A stretch of DNA of 64,000 nucleotides from Felis catus (Eukaryota): assembly GCF_018350175.1 (NCBI RefSeq), contig NC_058369.1, forward strand, positions 21,144,001 to 21,208,000, given 5' to 3'. The position numbers and the translations under genes were made by a program. The notes below the pieces were generated by a model. It ran no database searches. It was not told where the DNA came from and worked only from the letters and a program-made list of their open reading frames with translations. Positions within the stretch are counted from its first letter, which is position 1. Each line of letters begins with the position of its first letter. Of the stretch, positions 35,646 to 50,600 are shown piece by piece.

Positions 35646-38600
35646 TTAAAGATTTTCTAGATTGTATGCTTGGCGAATGTTGAGGGTATCTCGGAGCATC
35701 AAATCCCGAAGGCGCCAGAGGGCATCTGCCATGGTGGTATGGGCCCCTTTACTTTTCAGCCAGTGAGAGGGCAGGCGGCTCTCCTGTTCTTTTGACAAAT
35801 GGACATCGCGTCTTCGAGCTGAAAATTAAAATACACACGGAGAAATATAACTAGGAATAAGGAAAAATATAAGTAGGTAACAATTCCCCCCCAGTCCTAA
35901 GGCCTGACAGATTTACTAAAGCATGTAACATTTAATATTTTTTAAAGATTTTTTTAAAGTTTAAAGTATATTTATTTTGAGGTGCATGCATGCTCCAGTG
36001 GGGAGGCTCAGAGAGAAAGAATCCCAGGCCGGCTCTGTATTGTCAGCGCAGAGCCCAGCGCAGGGCTTGAACCCACGAACTAACTGTGAGACTGTGGCCT
36101 GGATGGAAACCAGGAGTTGGATGCTTAACCAGCTGCGTCACCCAGGTACCCCTAACACTTATTATTTATTAAATACTATGAATTTTAACCCTGCAGTGTA
36201 TTTCCAAGCAAATGCCTATTATTAGGCATCTTGGTTTTTAGAAAACCACGTGCTTAGGTATGAGACTACCTAGCTAAGGATGTCTTATTTTATGCTATGT
36301 ATTTTAGAAATTATCTAATTTATAATAATGACCTCACAAAAGAGCTGCACATATAACATAATTCTCTAAAAGGGAACACAAGAGTTGCACAAACACCTAA
36401 AAGATCTGATCACTACTATTTTGTTGTAGGCAGTCCTGATAATCAATTTCTTTAGTGTTAACAAAAATTCCTAAAAAGGTAAATGTGAGGAAAGGGAAAA
36501 CATACTTCTGAAAGAAATCAAATTAGGTTTAGAAATGAAGAATGAGTAGGAACTTCCACATTTCTTCCCAGAAGCCAGGCACGTTATTTTAGTGGGTACT
36601 GAAAACCCACTCAGGAAGTCCTCTGAGCTAAATAAACACTCAACAGGTTATCTGAAACATGTTTTCCAATATTCTTTTCTTTTTTAAAACTGAACTGAAG
36701 TTAATTTTTAATTTACCCAAGTGCATCTGTGCTGATGCTCAAATGCCTGAAAAACTGTTGAAAAAATTCAGAATATACTTAAAAAGACAGCAGTGATGCT
36801 TATGACAAAACAAAGTCTAGAAATTGAGCAAAAAACCCCCACCATCTTCGGTGTGTGATGTTCAAGATAAAATTTATTTTACTTATATACGAAAAGTGGA
36901 TCTCTACCCCATGGCATAACACGCCAATCACAGTGAGAGGACTCTGTGACGATGCACGGCTTTCACAAAGGCTTGTTGAGAAGGACTCTCCTTACCTGCC
37001 AGGGTTTGGTCCCACTTGCTAATGCTGTTGGACTCAGCACTGAGTCCTTCAATGTATTTCAGGTAGGCTTCTGAGTGAAGAAGCCGTTGTGTCTTCGGTG
37101 GGGGAGCCACAAACATGGGCGTTGTTGGCTGCTGTATGACAGGGGGGCCAGCTGGATGTGGGCCAGGATACGGAGGTGGTGCCTGCTGCCCTGGAGGCCC
37201 CAAAACTCCCACCTGAAAGAGCACAGGGCACATGGTGAGGGAAAAAATACTTGGCACATGCTCTGAGAAAGAGGATAACCTGAATTCTGTCAAGTCCTAG
37301 AAAATCCAGCTGGGAGGCTCACCTGCTGTCCGTACGGACTTCCGCCTGGCGCTGGAGTCCCTACCATAGGGGCCACTCCTTGGTTCATCACACCTATAAT
37401 TCAGAACGCAATGGCACAGTTAGAGGTTCTGAGTTGAGATGGCTACTGAAAAACTACTGCCTGATAAGAAATGATGCCATTTATAATGCAAACCTATGGA
37501 TCTCTGCCCTTGAATCTTTGTGGATAAGAACCCTAAGCCTCCAGAACAGGATGCAGCATTCAAATAGAAAGTTCACATTCTTTGGTTTTCTAGCTATTTT
37601 AAGTACAAAGGTAGTACAACTTGTCAGATGTACATTAATTATTCATGGCTTAGAAATGATTTGAACCCTGCATAAAATTCTAGTATTTCCCTAGGTAAAC
37701 TATAGTCAGAATACACCTCTATTTTCAAGGTGTTTTTCTTCTGACAACACATTTTCCTGAAACTGGAGCCCAAGTTTCATTTTGGCAGTGATGGTGCTGC
37801 AGTCAGGCTCAGCAGCAGGCGGTGTGCTAGGACAGCAGGGACACAGGGGAGAGGCTGTGCAAGCGCACGGTTAAATGAGCTCTGTGGTGGCTGGAGGCAC
37901 ATCCTTGCGGTCCACTCACAGGCCCCCAGCACCCCTGGTTCTAACTGGAGTCACTAATACTGGCAGACAGGTCACTTCCATCTGGTAGAGCAGTACTTGG
38001 AAAAGGATCATCTGGAAGTAAATCAGCCTCGTTGCTATCACTTCAAATGCAAAAATGACAAAAGGAAAGAGAGAAGATTTTGTGGTCTTACTACAATTGC
38101 ACTCTGTATGTTTATAAACTTTGTACTCTTTCTACATTTGTACTCTGTTAAGTTTATAAACTTCCCAGTGGTGATGCCTCACAAGCAACTTCTGTCCCAC
38201 AGGTACTAGCTGATAAAGGTGAGATGTCCTAACTTTTGTGTCTGGGGCTGTTTTCATCTCAGGACTGTCCATTTATTATTCTCATAAAACATTGAAATAA
38301 GGAAGGGTTCCAGTTTGTTAAAAACTAACAAACTACAGTCAAATAAACCCCTGTTTAAACTTTTAAACAAATCCTGCTGGCTGCAAAGAAGGGTCAAAAG
38401 GAGCTCACCTCATATACTAGATTTTCTAGATTCAAAATGTTGCTATTTTGGCCAGGCAGCACCAGTACACTATTCTAAGGTTCTGAATTGCTAAATGCCA
38501 CTTCAGGAAGTATTAGACATTTGTTAAAGAGAATGTGGTAGTACAAATAAGCTTTCTGTTTACAAAGTGGGGATTTTAATATTCCAGATCACCACAGCAG

Positions 38601-41600
38601 AATCCTGATGATTATTTGTGACTGGGTTAAGAGGCTGTGGTGGGTAAGCTGCTGCTCCAACATACTAACCCCTGTGCACCGCCCCCCTCCGGGACACTCA
38701 CCCTCCTCAGATCCCACAACATGAGGGGCCTCCCTGAGCTGCCTTTCTCCTTTTCTGCAGGGGAGCACAGACAACTCAGCAATCCCCTCTGCTTCCTGTT
38801 TTAAAATGCCATGCAAAGGGGCAGCCAGTGAGAGCATGGGCTGAATCAGCAGAGGAGCTCCCAGAGTCCTCCTCTCCTCCAAGCCTAAGCAGGTGTGTGC
38901 ATGCGTGTGTGTGGGCACTAAGAGTTCTTCCCTGTCTCCCCAACTAAAAGGTAAGTGTGTGCCTCCTTCAAATGCACTTTAAACACCCGAAGAAGTGGGG
39001 AAAGGGACACAGCTGTGCTCAACACCCACCAAAAGGTATCTGCTACTTAGAGGGTACTGGCCTCAGATGTGGCTCCCACTGAGTACCAAATGCACCCAGA
39101 AGTCAACTCCAACCTGGTCTGAGTCAGTCAGATAGGGTACCCTAAGTCAAGGTGAGAAGGTACAGAATTAAGGCCAATTCTACTTGCCACAGGGGCACAC
39201 CCATCTTATGACTGACTTTTGCTGCAAGAGTAACTCCCACACAGGCCACTACTTCTAAAATGAAGTACCCACTGCCATAAACATTTCCTCTTCGGGTATA
39301 TCTGAATCAAACACTTGTGTGGAGTTATGGCCATTCTCTAAGGAATACTCATAAGAGTGTGGCTGGAGGCTCTAGGCCAAGCCACCAGGTTCACTCACCC
39401 TGCCCACTGCTGGGTGTACCTCTGAAGCACTTCTGGAACTCTGTATAACCCAACACTGCTGGAGGCAAGTCTAACATTTCTACATTTTGTCATCTGGGCC
39501 AGGCCTTAAGCTGGTATTTAGGATAATGGCCCCAATGCTCTTCTAAGTTATCTTCAGGTCACATTCCCTCCAACTAGATTACAGCTAAAGGCCAGTTCTT
39601 TTGCATTTGATGGCAATCAATATGGGAACCTGCGATCTTCCTTTCACAATAAAGTAATATTTCAACTTACTATTTACAAAGTAAATCTGTAGCTAGTTCT
39701 GAACTCCATTTATATGCTTCTACATGAAATAAATTCTGAGCTTCTGCTGACAGATAAACCAGTGTCCACAGTTAGTATGGGAGGGCTATGCTGCTCTTTA
39801 AGGTCTTATGTCATACTTCTTAGGGGACTCATATACAGAAAACGTGTTCATTGCAAATTCGTTCCCTCCCTCCTTTTTGTTCCTAGAATGATTGGCTGAA
39901 GGATTTATTCACCGTGATCAGTGACTCTGCAATCCCCTTAGAAGGGCTATTTGAGAAGCAGGAGATGGAGCAGGGATTCCATACAGAAGACCTTGTGAGA
40001 GAAGAACTGAATCAGAGGAAGAAGTGCCCTCAGGACTCAAAGTGCTTTCCTATGTGACTCAGAACTAGCCATTTGGGATATCGTTCACTGATCATCCATG
40101 TATCATTCACTGATAAAGAGGGAATGACCTTCCTAGGCTGTATTCGGTTTTCTGAGCACACGTCAAATTGTCTGAGTGGTATGAGAGTATGCCTTCTGCC
40201 CCCTGGTCTGCTGAGTCTGGTCTCTGCCATGTGTCCTCTGCTGCTGCTAGGGAGCCAGGTGCCCAAGGGCACAGGTGCTGAGCCGCCTGCTCAAATACAT
40301 GGGACAGGCCCTGCTGCTGACATCCCTGGGATTCTCAGTGAGGAAAGGCCTGGCCACAGTGGGCAGCAGGTACCTCCGGGAACAACTGGCTGAGGGAGGA
40401 AAAAAGAGAATATGAAGATGAGATTAATGAGTGAAGGAGGATGAAGTTCTTACCCGGTGGTGGGATGCCCGGGAGGCCGGGCACACCTGGCGGAAGATGG
40501 TGGGGTGGAGGCCCCCCAGGGTGAAGTGGCTGCATGCTGCCCATGCTAACAAGGCCATCAACTGGGCCCTGCAAAGGTGGAAGGCCTGGCGGATAGCCAC
40601 CCATCATGCCTTGAAGGACACAACAAATTTCAGACATGCATCATTAACATGCAACATGAGCGAAGTAATAACAAATCCCCCCCATGCACTACCAATGAAT
40701 AAAGCGCCCTTAGTACTGTGTGAGATAACAGCAATTAGTGCAATTATTTTGTTGCAATAATGAACAAAATAAAAAGTTACAAATATGAAATCCAACACTT
40801 GTGGATGAATTAGTACTTAGTAGATTATTATTTGCAGTTATCTTCCCTGGGATAAATATGTTGCATGTTTTTAATTAAATAATAATAAAGAGGAGTTCCA
40901 GTAACAGCCTTCCCAAGGTCATGTTATTGCAAGCTGTTCAAACAGAGTGACCAGTTCTGCAACTGCGGTTCTAATTCAACAGACTAAACCCCATCACCCC
41001 ACTCTGCCCACACTCTTACGCCTATCATGGGTGCACATGAGGGGACACTGGAATGGAGGGAAATGAGGCGCACAGCCCTGATCACAAAGCATGGTTCTCC
41101 AGCTTGGGGTGCGTGGGGGTGGAGGGGGGGAGTGGGCAAGAGCCTTTCAAGGCTTCCTCTTCCCTTCTAGCCCCACCACTACTTGGTAAAAATGGATCAT
41201 GTTCAGGCTTGAGCTGGGGAACAGAGAAGAGCCATCACAATGGATGATGTTTCATCTTTAGATCTCTAAACATGTAAAACAAAGATAAAACCTAAACCCT
41301 CCCAAGCCAAGCCAAGCTAATCCCAGGTCACTCGGTAGCAGGCACGCAGACCTCAGAAGGAATGGCTGGAGAATCAGGCTCTGCTGATGTGAGAAAATGC
41401 CAATTGTCATTACTGTCTCCAAGTTCACAAATGCCCTCACATAAACCTTCAGTTAACAGGGAACATTTTAAATGAGGTACAGACTTTCTGTGAACAGAGG
41501 CCTTTATTCCTTTATTTTCAAAGCGTATCTTCATAACACAAAATATTTTCTGCTGGCTAGGGAAGAGTTTCAGGAAACCAGTATTTTTGGCAAAAGGAGT

Positions 41601-44600
41601 GAAAGAAAGAAAATAATTTCAAAATGTCAAAAACTCACCTATCAAAAGAACTTTAAAGCCACACGACATTTTTTTTGAGCAAGAAAAACAACTTAACTCT
41701 TCTGGGATTTGAAATGATCACAATAAACAAAACATAAGGCTCCCCCCAGAATGCAATCACCTTTGGTCCCAGCTTCCTGCACGAAGGGAAGCTTGAGGGA
41801 CGGGTGCCAAACCTCATTTTTACAAAACACTCTTTGTAGGAGGACCCTGGGAAACAGTGGAAAACTCCAGATTCTAAGGACTTTACTCTTTGACTTTCCC
41901 ATAAGGATTATTGAAAGGTATCTATTGATAAAAGTTTAGTCTTTTGAAGCTATAACATTACTGAAAATTCTGAGATTGGTTCAGCCTGCTTCATTAGTCA
42001 TATCTAAGCTGACTGAAAAACTTAAAATCACACACACCAATAAAGCGAATTCTAAATAGTACCTCTATACATGAAATAGGATTATGAGTTTCATGGTTTT
42101 TAAAATGAGAGTTCAGAGAGTAAAAAGTACTTTTGAAGAGATACCATCATCTTAAACAAAACTGCCAAACTGCCTTTTAACCACACCACCAGCTCCAGCT
42201 CTTATGGGTAAATAGGTGGGAGTTTAAGGACATTAGGAGGCTTTGCTTTCAATTACAAAAGCCCATCTGAACGCAGCCTTCACGGGCTGTGGTTGAAGAA
42301 AAGTATTAAGAACTGAAAGCCATGACACTTGTCTTCATTAAACTGTACTTTGGCACTTATTATCCCAGTCACATGTGTTCAAATGAGCTTTAATGCTTGT
42401 AAGCAAAGCTGGTCTCAGACAGCAACAAGGCTAAGACTTAGGCCCTAAGCAATCTGTAAACCCAAGAAAAATCACCCTGTCAGCTGCAAAGTTTCCACTG
42501 TGGACCAAAGACTGGTGACCGTACAGGATGCTTGCTTGCCCTTCACTCCCATGGCCTGGAATCTGGGCAGCACATGCTTAATAATGTGAAGGGGTCCCCC
42601 CCCCCCAACTCCTTGCCCCTCAGAGCGCTATGATGGTATTCCCCAACAGGGAGCTAAAATGCTGCAGCTGCTGTGTTTTAATAGTTTTAGCTGTTTGAAT
42701 TCATTTTGTTAACGTGTCCCTGGGCTTTTTAGTCAAGGGCACAGTGCTACAGTATCACATATCAAATGCAACAAAACAGGATGTCAACGAGGGAATTCTA
42801 ACTTTCAAAAGTCCCCATGTTCAAGGCCTGATTTCTAAAACCCTCTGGAATCCCGTTAACCAAAATGGGCCATGGAATAGAGCAGGCGATTATGAGATTT
42901 GTTAGATCAACGTCAGTTACACTGAGAGTACTGAAAAGCCATGATTCAGATGTGCTCTGGCGAGTGCAACTGCTGAGTTGAGCGACAGTGCATTTGAGAA
43001 CTTGCCATCACAAAAGGTAGGAGCGACAATGAAAAAGTTATCCTACGCTACTCTTCCTTGAAAAGCAAATACAAAAAAGCAAAAACAAAAACAGCATCCC
43101 AATGAGCCTGCCTTGAACAACACTGTCTTGGACTCCCTGCGAAAAGAAGTCAGACCGCTTGCTTCAGAAGACACTCAGGTGGCTTGTATGGACCTCACCA
43201 GGCTTAGGGAGATCACGAAGGAAGGACCCGAGAAGTGATCTACGGGCTTCTCGTTGGAAACACATCAGACAAGGATATTCAATTCAAGAATAGCCAAATT
43301 TGCCATGGCTACCAGAACCAGAGACAACACACACAAGCAAACCACATTCATCATTTTCTTTTCTTTTTTTTTTACAAATATGTGACTGGGATACTAACAG
43401 AAAATGCAGTTTAATGTAATTAAATAGAAAAGCATTACAGAGTGGGCACAATGAATTGAATAAGGACTTTGTACTCCACTTAGCAGTCATGCACATTAGT
43501 GACCAAGAAAGGATTTAGAATTCACTGTCAAAAATCCTTTTAAATGGTCAGTCTTTTAAGGATGGCTGCAGCAGAACAAGGCAAACTGAACCCTGGAATG
43601 AGACGGGAAAATCGGTATCACCTAAGTGCTTAGTTTCGTGTTTTCTCTCGGGAGCCCCTCCAGAACAGAATTCAGGGTCTGTTTAGGTTTTCTGCTATAG
43701 GGCTCTATATCCAGAGCAGTCTGGGGTGGAGAGTATCGCCAGACCATGCCCACAGCCAGGCTAGAGCTGCTCCCTACTAATTCCCAGGGCTGGGCCCAGG
43801 GCCCATTTCTGGGGCAGAGGGGAGGCATTGCCCATATGGGAAAGGCGACAGAAGGACGACATGGACGACTGGAAACTTTGACTCTGCCATGAGAAAAGCC
43901 TAGAGATTGTGGCCTACTCCTCATTGGAGAAAAAAAAAAATGAAGGAATTTCTTAAAGTGGAAAAAAATGGTCTTAGCTCCTGTTTTTACCTGCAACAGG
44001 TGTCAACTGCTGATTGAGCATCCCCATTGGTGTTGGTGGTGGCACCACCCCCATGAGAGCCCCCACAGGGGTGCCTGCTCGGGGAGAAGCACTCGGCTGC
44101 TGTTGCTGTGCTGCTCGCTCTCTCTCCTGCTGCTCAGCAACTTTAGCTGCCCGCTCTGTAAAGGCATTTCAGATTTTCAATTCTGTTTTTAACCCAGGAA
44201 TTCAAAATACCATCCATTGCATTCAACAGGACTAGTAAAAACACAGGCAACAGTTCTGTCTCAACGGAAGGAACAGTAGATGACTAGTCTCAACACAGGA
44301 GGAGTCGGGCCGATTTCACTTGGTAACCTAGCGTCCAGCTTTCCTATCCCATCTTGAGAACTGGTCTGCAAAGATTTCAAGAATGTTAAGACTGCAACAC
44401 ACATTCAGAAAGCACAGGTTTTATTTAAACACGTCACCAGCGTAACCAACGTGGTTAATCTCACAAGGCACCCTGAAGATGAGAAGCGCTACCATTATTC
44501 TAGTATTAATAGCATTATAAATTATTTATAATTTCAACATGAAGCAATTCCATGGCCCATTATTAATTTTGGCACAATTGTTACTTACACTATTTTCCTG

Positions 44601-47600
44601 ATTGCTTGCACCCAATTTTACTACGATTTGAGGACTCTTGTCATTAGTGTCATGGGGTTTAGCAGCTGAAGAAAATTAACTCTGTAAGGGAAAAGTAGCT
44701 TACTGCCTCCTTCACAAGGTTTTAGGGAAAATTAAACACTACTTTCTACATCCTAATGAAGCAAAGAGGTCATGTTTAATAAACCCCGAGGGGAAAAAAT
44801 GCATGATACTCCAGGCTACAGTCATCAGAAGCAGGGAATATATATACACATATGAAACAATGGACAATGTACGGACAGAACCAGGTTTCCTGAGGCTGAG
44901 CAGTTCAATACTGACCATAGATCATCCTAAATCAGCTAAAGTTCCAAGAAATCACTCTTCTTTCATCCAAAATACAAGAGGAGCATTTGCTTGTGCCAGT
45001 TCTGGGCTGTGGAGCACCGCTTGCTGTACCCTTTTCTCCTTCGAGCTGCTCTGTCCTACTCCTCCATAGCCAGTAGCCCCAACAATCACATTCCCAGTCT
45101 TTTTGGGAGCTAGCAGGCTGGACCCTTACTAGAAAAGTCTAGAAATGTGTTCCCAAAGCTCTCACAATACAGGGATTATTTTGCTTCACTATTCATAAAC
45201 GGGAAATCTTCCCCACTCCTCACATGGGCAAGCTGAGGCTGGGAGATAGGTAGTAACTTGTCCAAGGACACAGAGAGAACCAGCAACATGTAGCCCTGAC
45301 TTATGATAGCACATTCCACTGCCACACATTAACCCTCCAACATGGAATTCAAAAGGCTACTGTTGGCTGATCTAAGGAGTGGAAAATAGCTCAAGATCAC
45401 ATGGCTTTAAAGAGAATCAAGAAGCAACAGCTCCAGTCCTCCATGAGCCTAAGAATGTGAAAGTCAAGCAAGTCAGAGCTTCCTTGCTGTGAGAGTTGCC
45501 TGTATGGGCCTGTCATCACTCATTAACACTGTCCCAGTTTATAGATCCTCTGTACAATGAACGTGAGGGACAAAGGCCATTGGAACAACCCATTTCCTTG
45601 TGCCAGCAGTAAAAACAAAACAAAACAAAACAAAACAAAACAAAACCACTGAATGACCTAGACCCCCACATTAAATTCTAGTATTTTCATTACACAAATG
45701 ACACAGTAAAATGGGAGAGCAAAAAAATGAAGTTGAAAAAGGAAAACTTCAGGCCTGTGGATCGAATATTGGACTAGCTACCTGTTGGCTCCTTCTGGGA
45801 AGAGCCCAACGGGCTGCGTTGGAAAAGACCACTGTTAAATGAAACTAGCCCAACTCCAAACTTTGGGTTTTGAGTTCAAACCCACACTGGGTTTTGGTCC
45901 AAACACCACAAGTTCAGATTTTGTGTCTCAGGCAGACACTGCTGAGTCATACCCAGCTCATCCTCACTTGGTTTTCCCATTTCAGACTCCCATTTGAATT
46001 TAGGAGACTCTCCTGGAAGCCCTCCTTTGCCCCTCTCTCCAGCCCTGCTCCAGCGTTTGTACTTTTACATCCAGCACATTTGTCTCTCTTGTTCACACTC
46101 TAAATAACCAGCCACATGTGACTGGCTTCATCTGCCCTAGACTGGGCTTTACATTCACATGAGCTTCGTCTCCAATATTCCTCCAATGGAGTGATATCTG
46201 GTCTTAACTTTCAGTAAGGTCAAATACCAAAGAAAAGTTCGAGGTTTTTATGGAATTGACTAGGGTTTCTTAAAGAGTGTTCTGCAAAATATTTGTTCTT
46301 TATGATACTAGAAAGCATTATATGAATACTTGATCAAGTTTCAGAAAATGCCAGGTGACAAAACACAGGTGTTTATGGTAGGTCTTAAAGACTTTACTAT
46401 GGGAATATGCACTATAAGTTTCCAAGAGTGGAAGTGTTTGGAATGCTTCTCAAACTGGTTTTGCCACAAAGGTTTTTCTGTCTGAGCATCTTGTAGGATT
46501 AGAATTCTGCAGAAGATGTTTGGGGAAGCCTGTCAGATAATTTTACAATTATCAATCAATTGATATAAATGAAAAGACTAAAATCTTTTTTTTTAGAAAA
46601 ATTTCTTAGGAAATACCACACATTTTAATAAAGGAGGCAGGCTTAACAATTAATTTCTTTATTCTTGCTGGAAAATAGCAGATTTAGACCCAGCCAAGAA
46701 GAGTAATGGTTGATCACAGTGGTGAACCATAGAGAGACAGCTCTAAGCTGGCAAAATGAACAATATATACAATTCCAAATGGAAAAAAATATAGCTCCAA
46801 GGCAAGAGTCCTGCCTAATCTAATGTTCACTACTCATTTATTAAAGGTATGTCTGACATTTAAAAAAAACAATACCTGCCCCCGCCCCCCCCCCCCCCAA
46901 TATCTCTCAGGTATTTGTCCCTAAAGGCTAATTAAGAACCACCAAATCTTTAAATGATAGCTCATGGCCCCAAATAACTTAATTACAGAGTAAAAGGAAA
47001 ATGAAGGCAGGTGAACTTTATCAGGGACTCCAAGTGCCTTAAAAGTAGCTATGACTGCAGACATAGCACAGGCCAAGACTGGCCTAGGAAACCAAGCGCT
47101 TTCAGCCAAGCCTCAGCCTGGAGCTTAAATATGTGGCTTATCGAGAGCCATAATAGATCCTGATTTTGAATGTTCCCTTTTGGATGAATTTTAACCAAAA
47201 TTCTACTTAACATTCTTATATAATCATTCCCCAGCTCAACACACGTATGCTTATAAGACTCAACAAAAGAAGAAAACCATGCAATTTTTAATAGCAAAAT
47301 ATTTGAGAAATTTTTTTAGGGGAAAAAAAAAACCCACCAGGACCAAAGGCCAAGTCAGGGGCAGTGCTTGCTCAGTCAGGACAAGGCTGGCATTTAAACT
47401 GTTGGCTGGGAGCCATTTGAGACAGTCCCCAACACACAGTTCATGTGCAAGAGGTAAGAACAAGAGAGTAAAACCTGTCTATGCACGTGCATTCCTGAAA
47501 ACACCCCCTTGTTTAGAAAGCTGAGATAGTTGCACCTAGTCTCTATTTACCTTCATATTCTGCTTTCTTGGCTGTCTCAAGGTTTCTCCATTCTGTCCCC

Positions 47601-50600
47601 ACCAGTCGGCTGAGCTCCCCAAAAGAGTAGTCTGGATGCTGGGCCTTAATCACAGCTCTCATCTCACTGCTGAACAGGATGTAGCCACTCATGTTGATTT
47701 TCCGTTTGGAGCCTTCCTTCTTTGCACTGCCTTTGGCAGACTTTGGGGTAGACTGTAAGACAGAAAGCTCTTATAGTGCATCAGAACACTGCATCTGGTC
47801 AACTGCTCAAGGTTTCTGGAAGCCAGGAACATGTGATTCAATAGTTATTATTATTTTGCAGACACGTTTAGTTTATAGCTGGTCATTTTCTTGGTCAAAA
47901 CAGTTCTTCCTTGCCTCTTACCATTTAAGAAATAAATGAAAGTTTCTCTGAATTCCATGACTGTAATCTGTAATGGTGACCTCACAATTATGTCTTGGGA
48001 AAATTCTGAATGAGAAGAGACAAGAAAGATATGGGCAGGAAAGGCTAAAGTCACAGGGCGATGCTGCTCCTCACTGCTCACCTTCAACACAGGTAGGCAG
48101 AGCTTTCTAACTTAACATGCCATTAAAAATAGCTATCTATGCAAAGTTTAAAACGGTATGAAATTTAAAATTCTTTGTGGCATCAAGAAAGAAAAAAAAT
48201 TTGTTCCTTCCTGCATAATTCTAGGTTGAAGCTCACATATGTGAGGGCTGGGTATCTCCTTCCTTCGGCTTGAGTGTGCTATGAACCAAAGCTGAGAGAA
48301 AGACAAGTAACAGGAACTTGTCACCATCACCTGTGGGGGTGTGTAGGGCATGAGATCCAGCTCACTGGCCAGTGGGGTCTGAAGCTGAGGCAGAGAAGGA
48401 GGTTCAATGACCTCACTATCTTCTTCCCCCATCTCTTCAATATCATCATCTCCACCTTCTAACTCAGCAAATTTAGCTTCTAGCAACTGGATCTTCTTTT
48501 CCAACAGAGGTGAGGGCTCCTTCTGAGGAACTATTGGTTTTCTAAAAGCAGTAAAATTAAAAAAAAAGAAAACAATCACCAAATACCACTCCAGGATTGG
48601 TCAGAAAGCAATGCTCTGCCTTAATATTTAGAAAAGACTTCCTGCAATCTGCAATGTATGTTCTAAGTCAGCAAAGGAAAGAATTTAAATGGGTATTTAT
48701 AAAGTCACCCCTATTTATAGACGTTTGTTTTTCAAAGAATTCTGCTGAAAATCCACCCAAAATCCACAAAACTGGATCCAAAGTTGAGATCTAGTTGCCT
48801 ATATAATACAGTGAAGAGAATTTTCATACTGTGGAACTAGGCAAGATCTCTTAATAGATAGGCTATAAACCAGAACGAAGGATTTCTGCCTCCAAATTAC
48901 AATTACTGGAGTCTATGCCAAGGGCAGTTGTTACATCTCAACAATGAGGATTTTCCTTTAATTTTTAGCTGAATTAATATTTTCTATTTGAAATGTACAC
49001 AGCTCTAGTTTAAGAATAAGAAAAACAAACAAAAAACCACCATGGGCTATACTATTTGGCTATCAATTTTCCTATTGGGAGTTGAAGTTTTTCAAGCTTT
49101 ACCTGAAGTAATAAATTTCATCATCTACCACTTTAGCAGACAGCGAAAACCTCTTCAGTCCTTTGAATTTCTTCATCTGCTTGTCACTCTCGTTGTAGCG
49201 GCTCTCACAAAGCAGAATGTCATTTTCTGGTATTTCAGTTGGTCTGCAGGAGAGGAAGTCCTTGAATGACAACACAGCGCACTTTCCTGAAAGGCAAATT
49301 GGAGGGAAATTAAAGGAGTAAATTGTGGTCATAGCTAACAATCATTTTAAAATTTTGTTATTTTTGAATGAGTATGTGCGCATGAGTCAAAAGTCAGAAG
49401 ATTTAAAAGGTGTACACAGGCATAAAAATAGACACGCAGATCAACAGAATAGAGTTACAAGTCTAGAAACAAACCCACACAGTTGGGTTTTTACAAGCAA
49501 CTGATTTTTTTTTTAATGTTTATTTTTGAGAGAGAGAGGTGGGGAGGGGGAGTGCACGAGTATGAGCAGAAAAGGGGCAGAGAGAGAGGGAGACAGAGGA
49601 TCCAAAGCAGGCTCTGCCCTGTCAGCTCAGGGCCTGATGTGGAGCTTGAGCTCACAAACCATGAAAGATCATGACCTAAGCTGAAGTTGGATGCTTAACC
49701 GACTGAGACACCTAGGCACTGCCTACAAGAAACTGATTTTTTACAAGGGCGCCAAGACAATTTTTTTTTTATTTCTAACGTTTGTTTAGTTTTGAGAGGC
49801 TGCAGGCCCTAGGCTCTGATCTGTCAGCAGAGCCCGATGCGGGGCTCAAACCCATGAACCATGAGATCATGACCTGAGCCGAAGTTGGACGCTTAACTGA
49901 CTGAGGCGCCCAGGTACCCCAAGGGTGCCAAGACAATTTGATGGGGAGAAAAGAGTCATGTTAACACTGGCACAAGTGAATTTCCACATGCAGAAGAGTG
50001 GACTCTGAACCTTACCTCACACCATATGCAAAATGTAACTTCAAAATGGATCAGAGACCCAAACATAAAGAGCTCCAACTATAAAACTCTTAGAAGAAAA
50101 TATAGGTGTAAATCTTTATGACCTTCTATTAGGCAGATGTGACATCAAAATCACAAGCAAGCAAAGAAAATAAACTGGATTTCATCGAAATGAAAACCTT
50201 TTGTGCTTCAGAGCCCACTATCAAGAAAGTGAAAAGGCAACCCACAGAAGAAAATATGTGTAAATCGTGTCTCTGGTGTAAGTCTAATACCCAGAACATA
50301 CAAAGAACTCCTACAGCTCAACAATAACCAGACAAATAACCTAATTAAAAAACAGGCAAAGGATCTGAACAGACATTTCCCCATAAACCCACAAAAAAAT
50401 GAAAATAACAAGTGTGGGCAAGGATGTGGAGAAATTGGAATCCTTACGCATTGCTGATGGGACTGTAAATGGCTACAACTTCTGTGGAAAACTGCATGGC
50501 AGTTTCTCAAAAAGTTAAACAGGGCTGCTGTATGATCCAGCAATTCTACTTCTAGGTAAATACCCAAAAGATCTGAAAGCAAGAACTCAATTAGATACTC

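Noticed and set aside
43205..43245. Small hairpin agatcac...gtgatct as a possible intronic ncRNA
   Set aside because: Only a 7-bp stem; no convincing snoRNA box architecture or miRNA-length stem.
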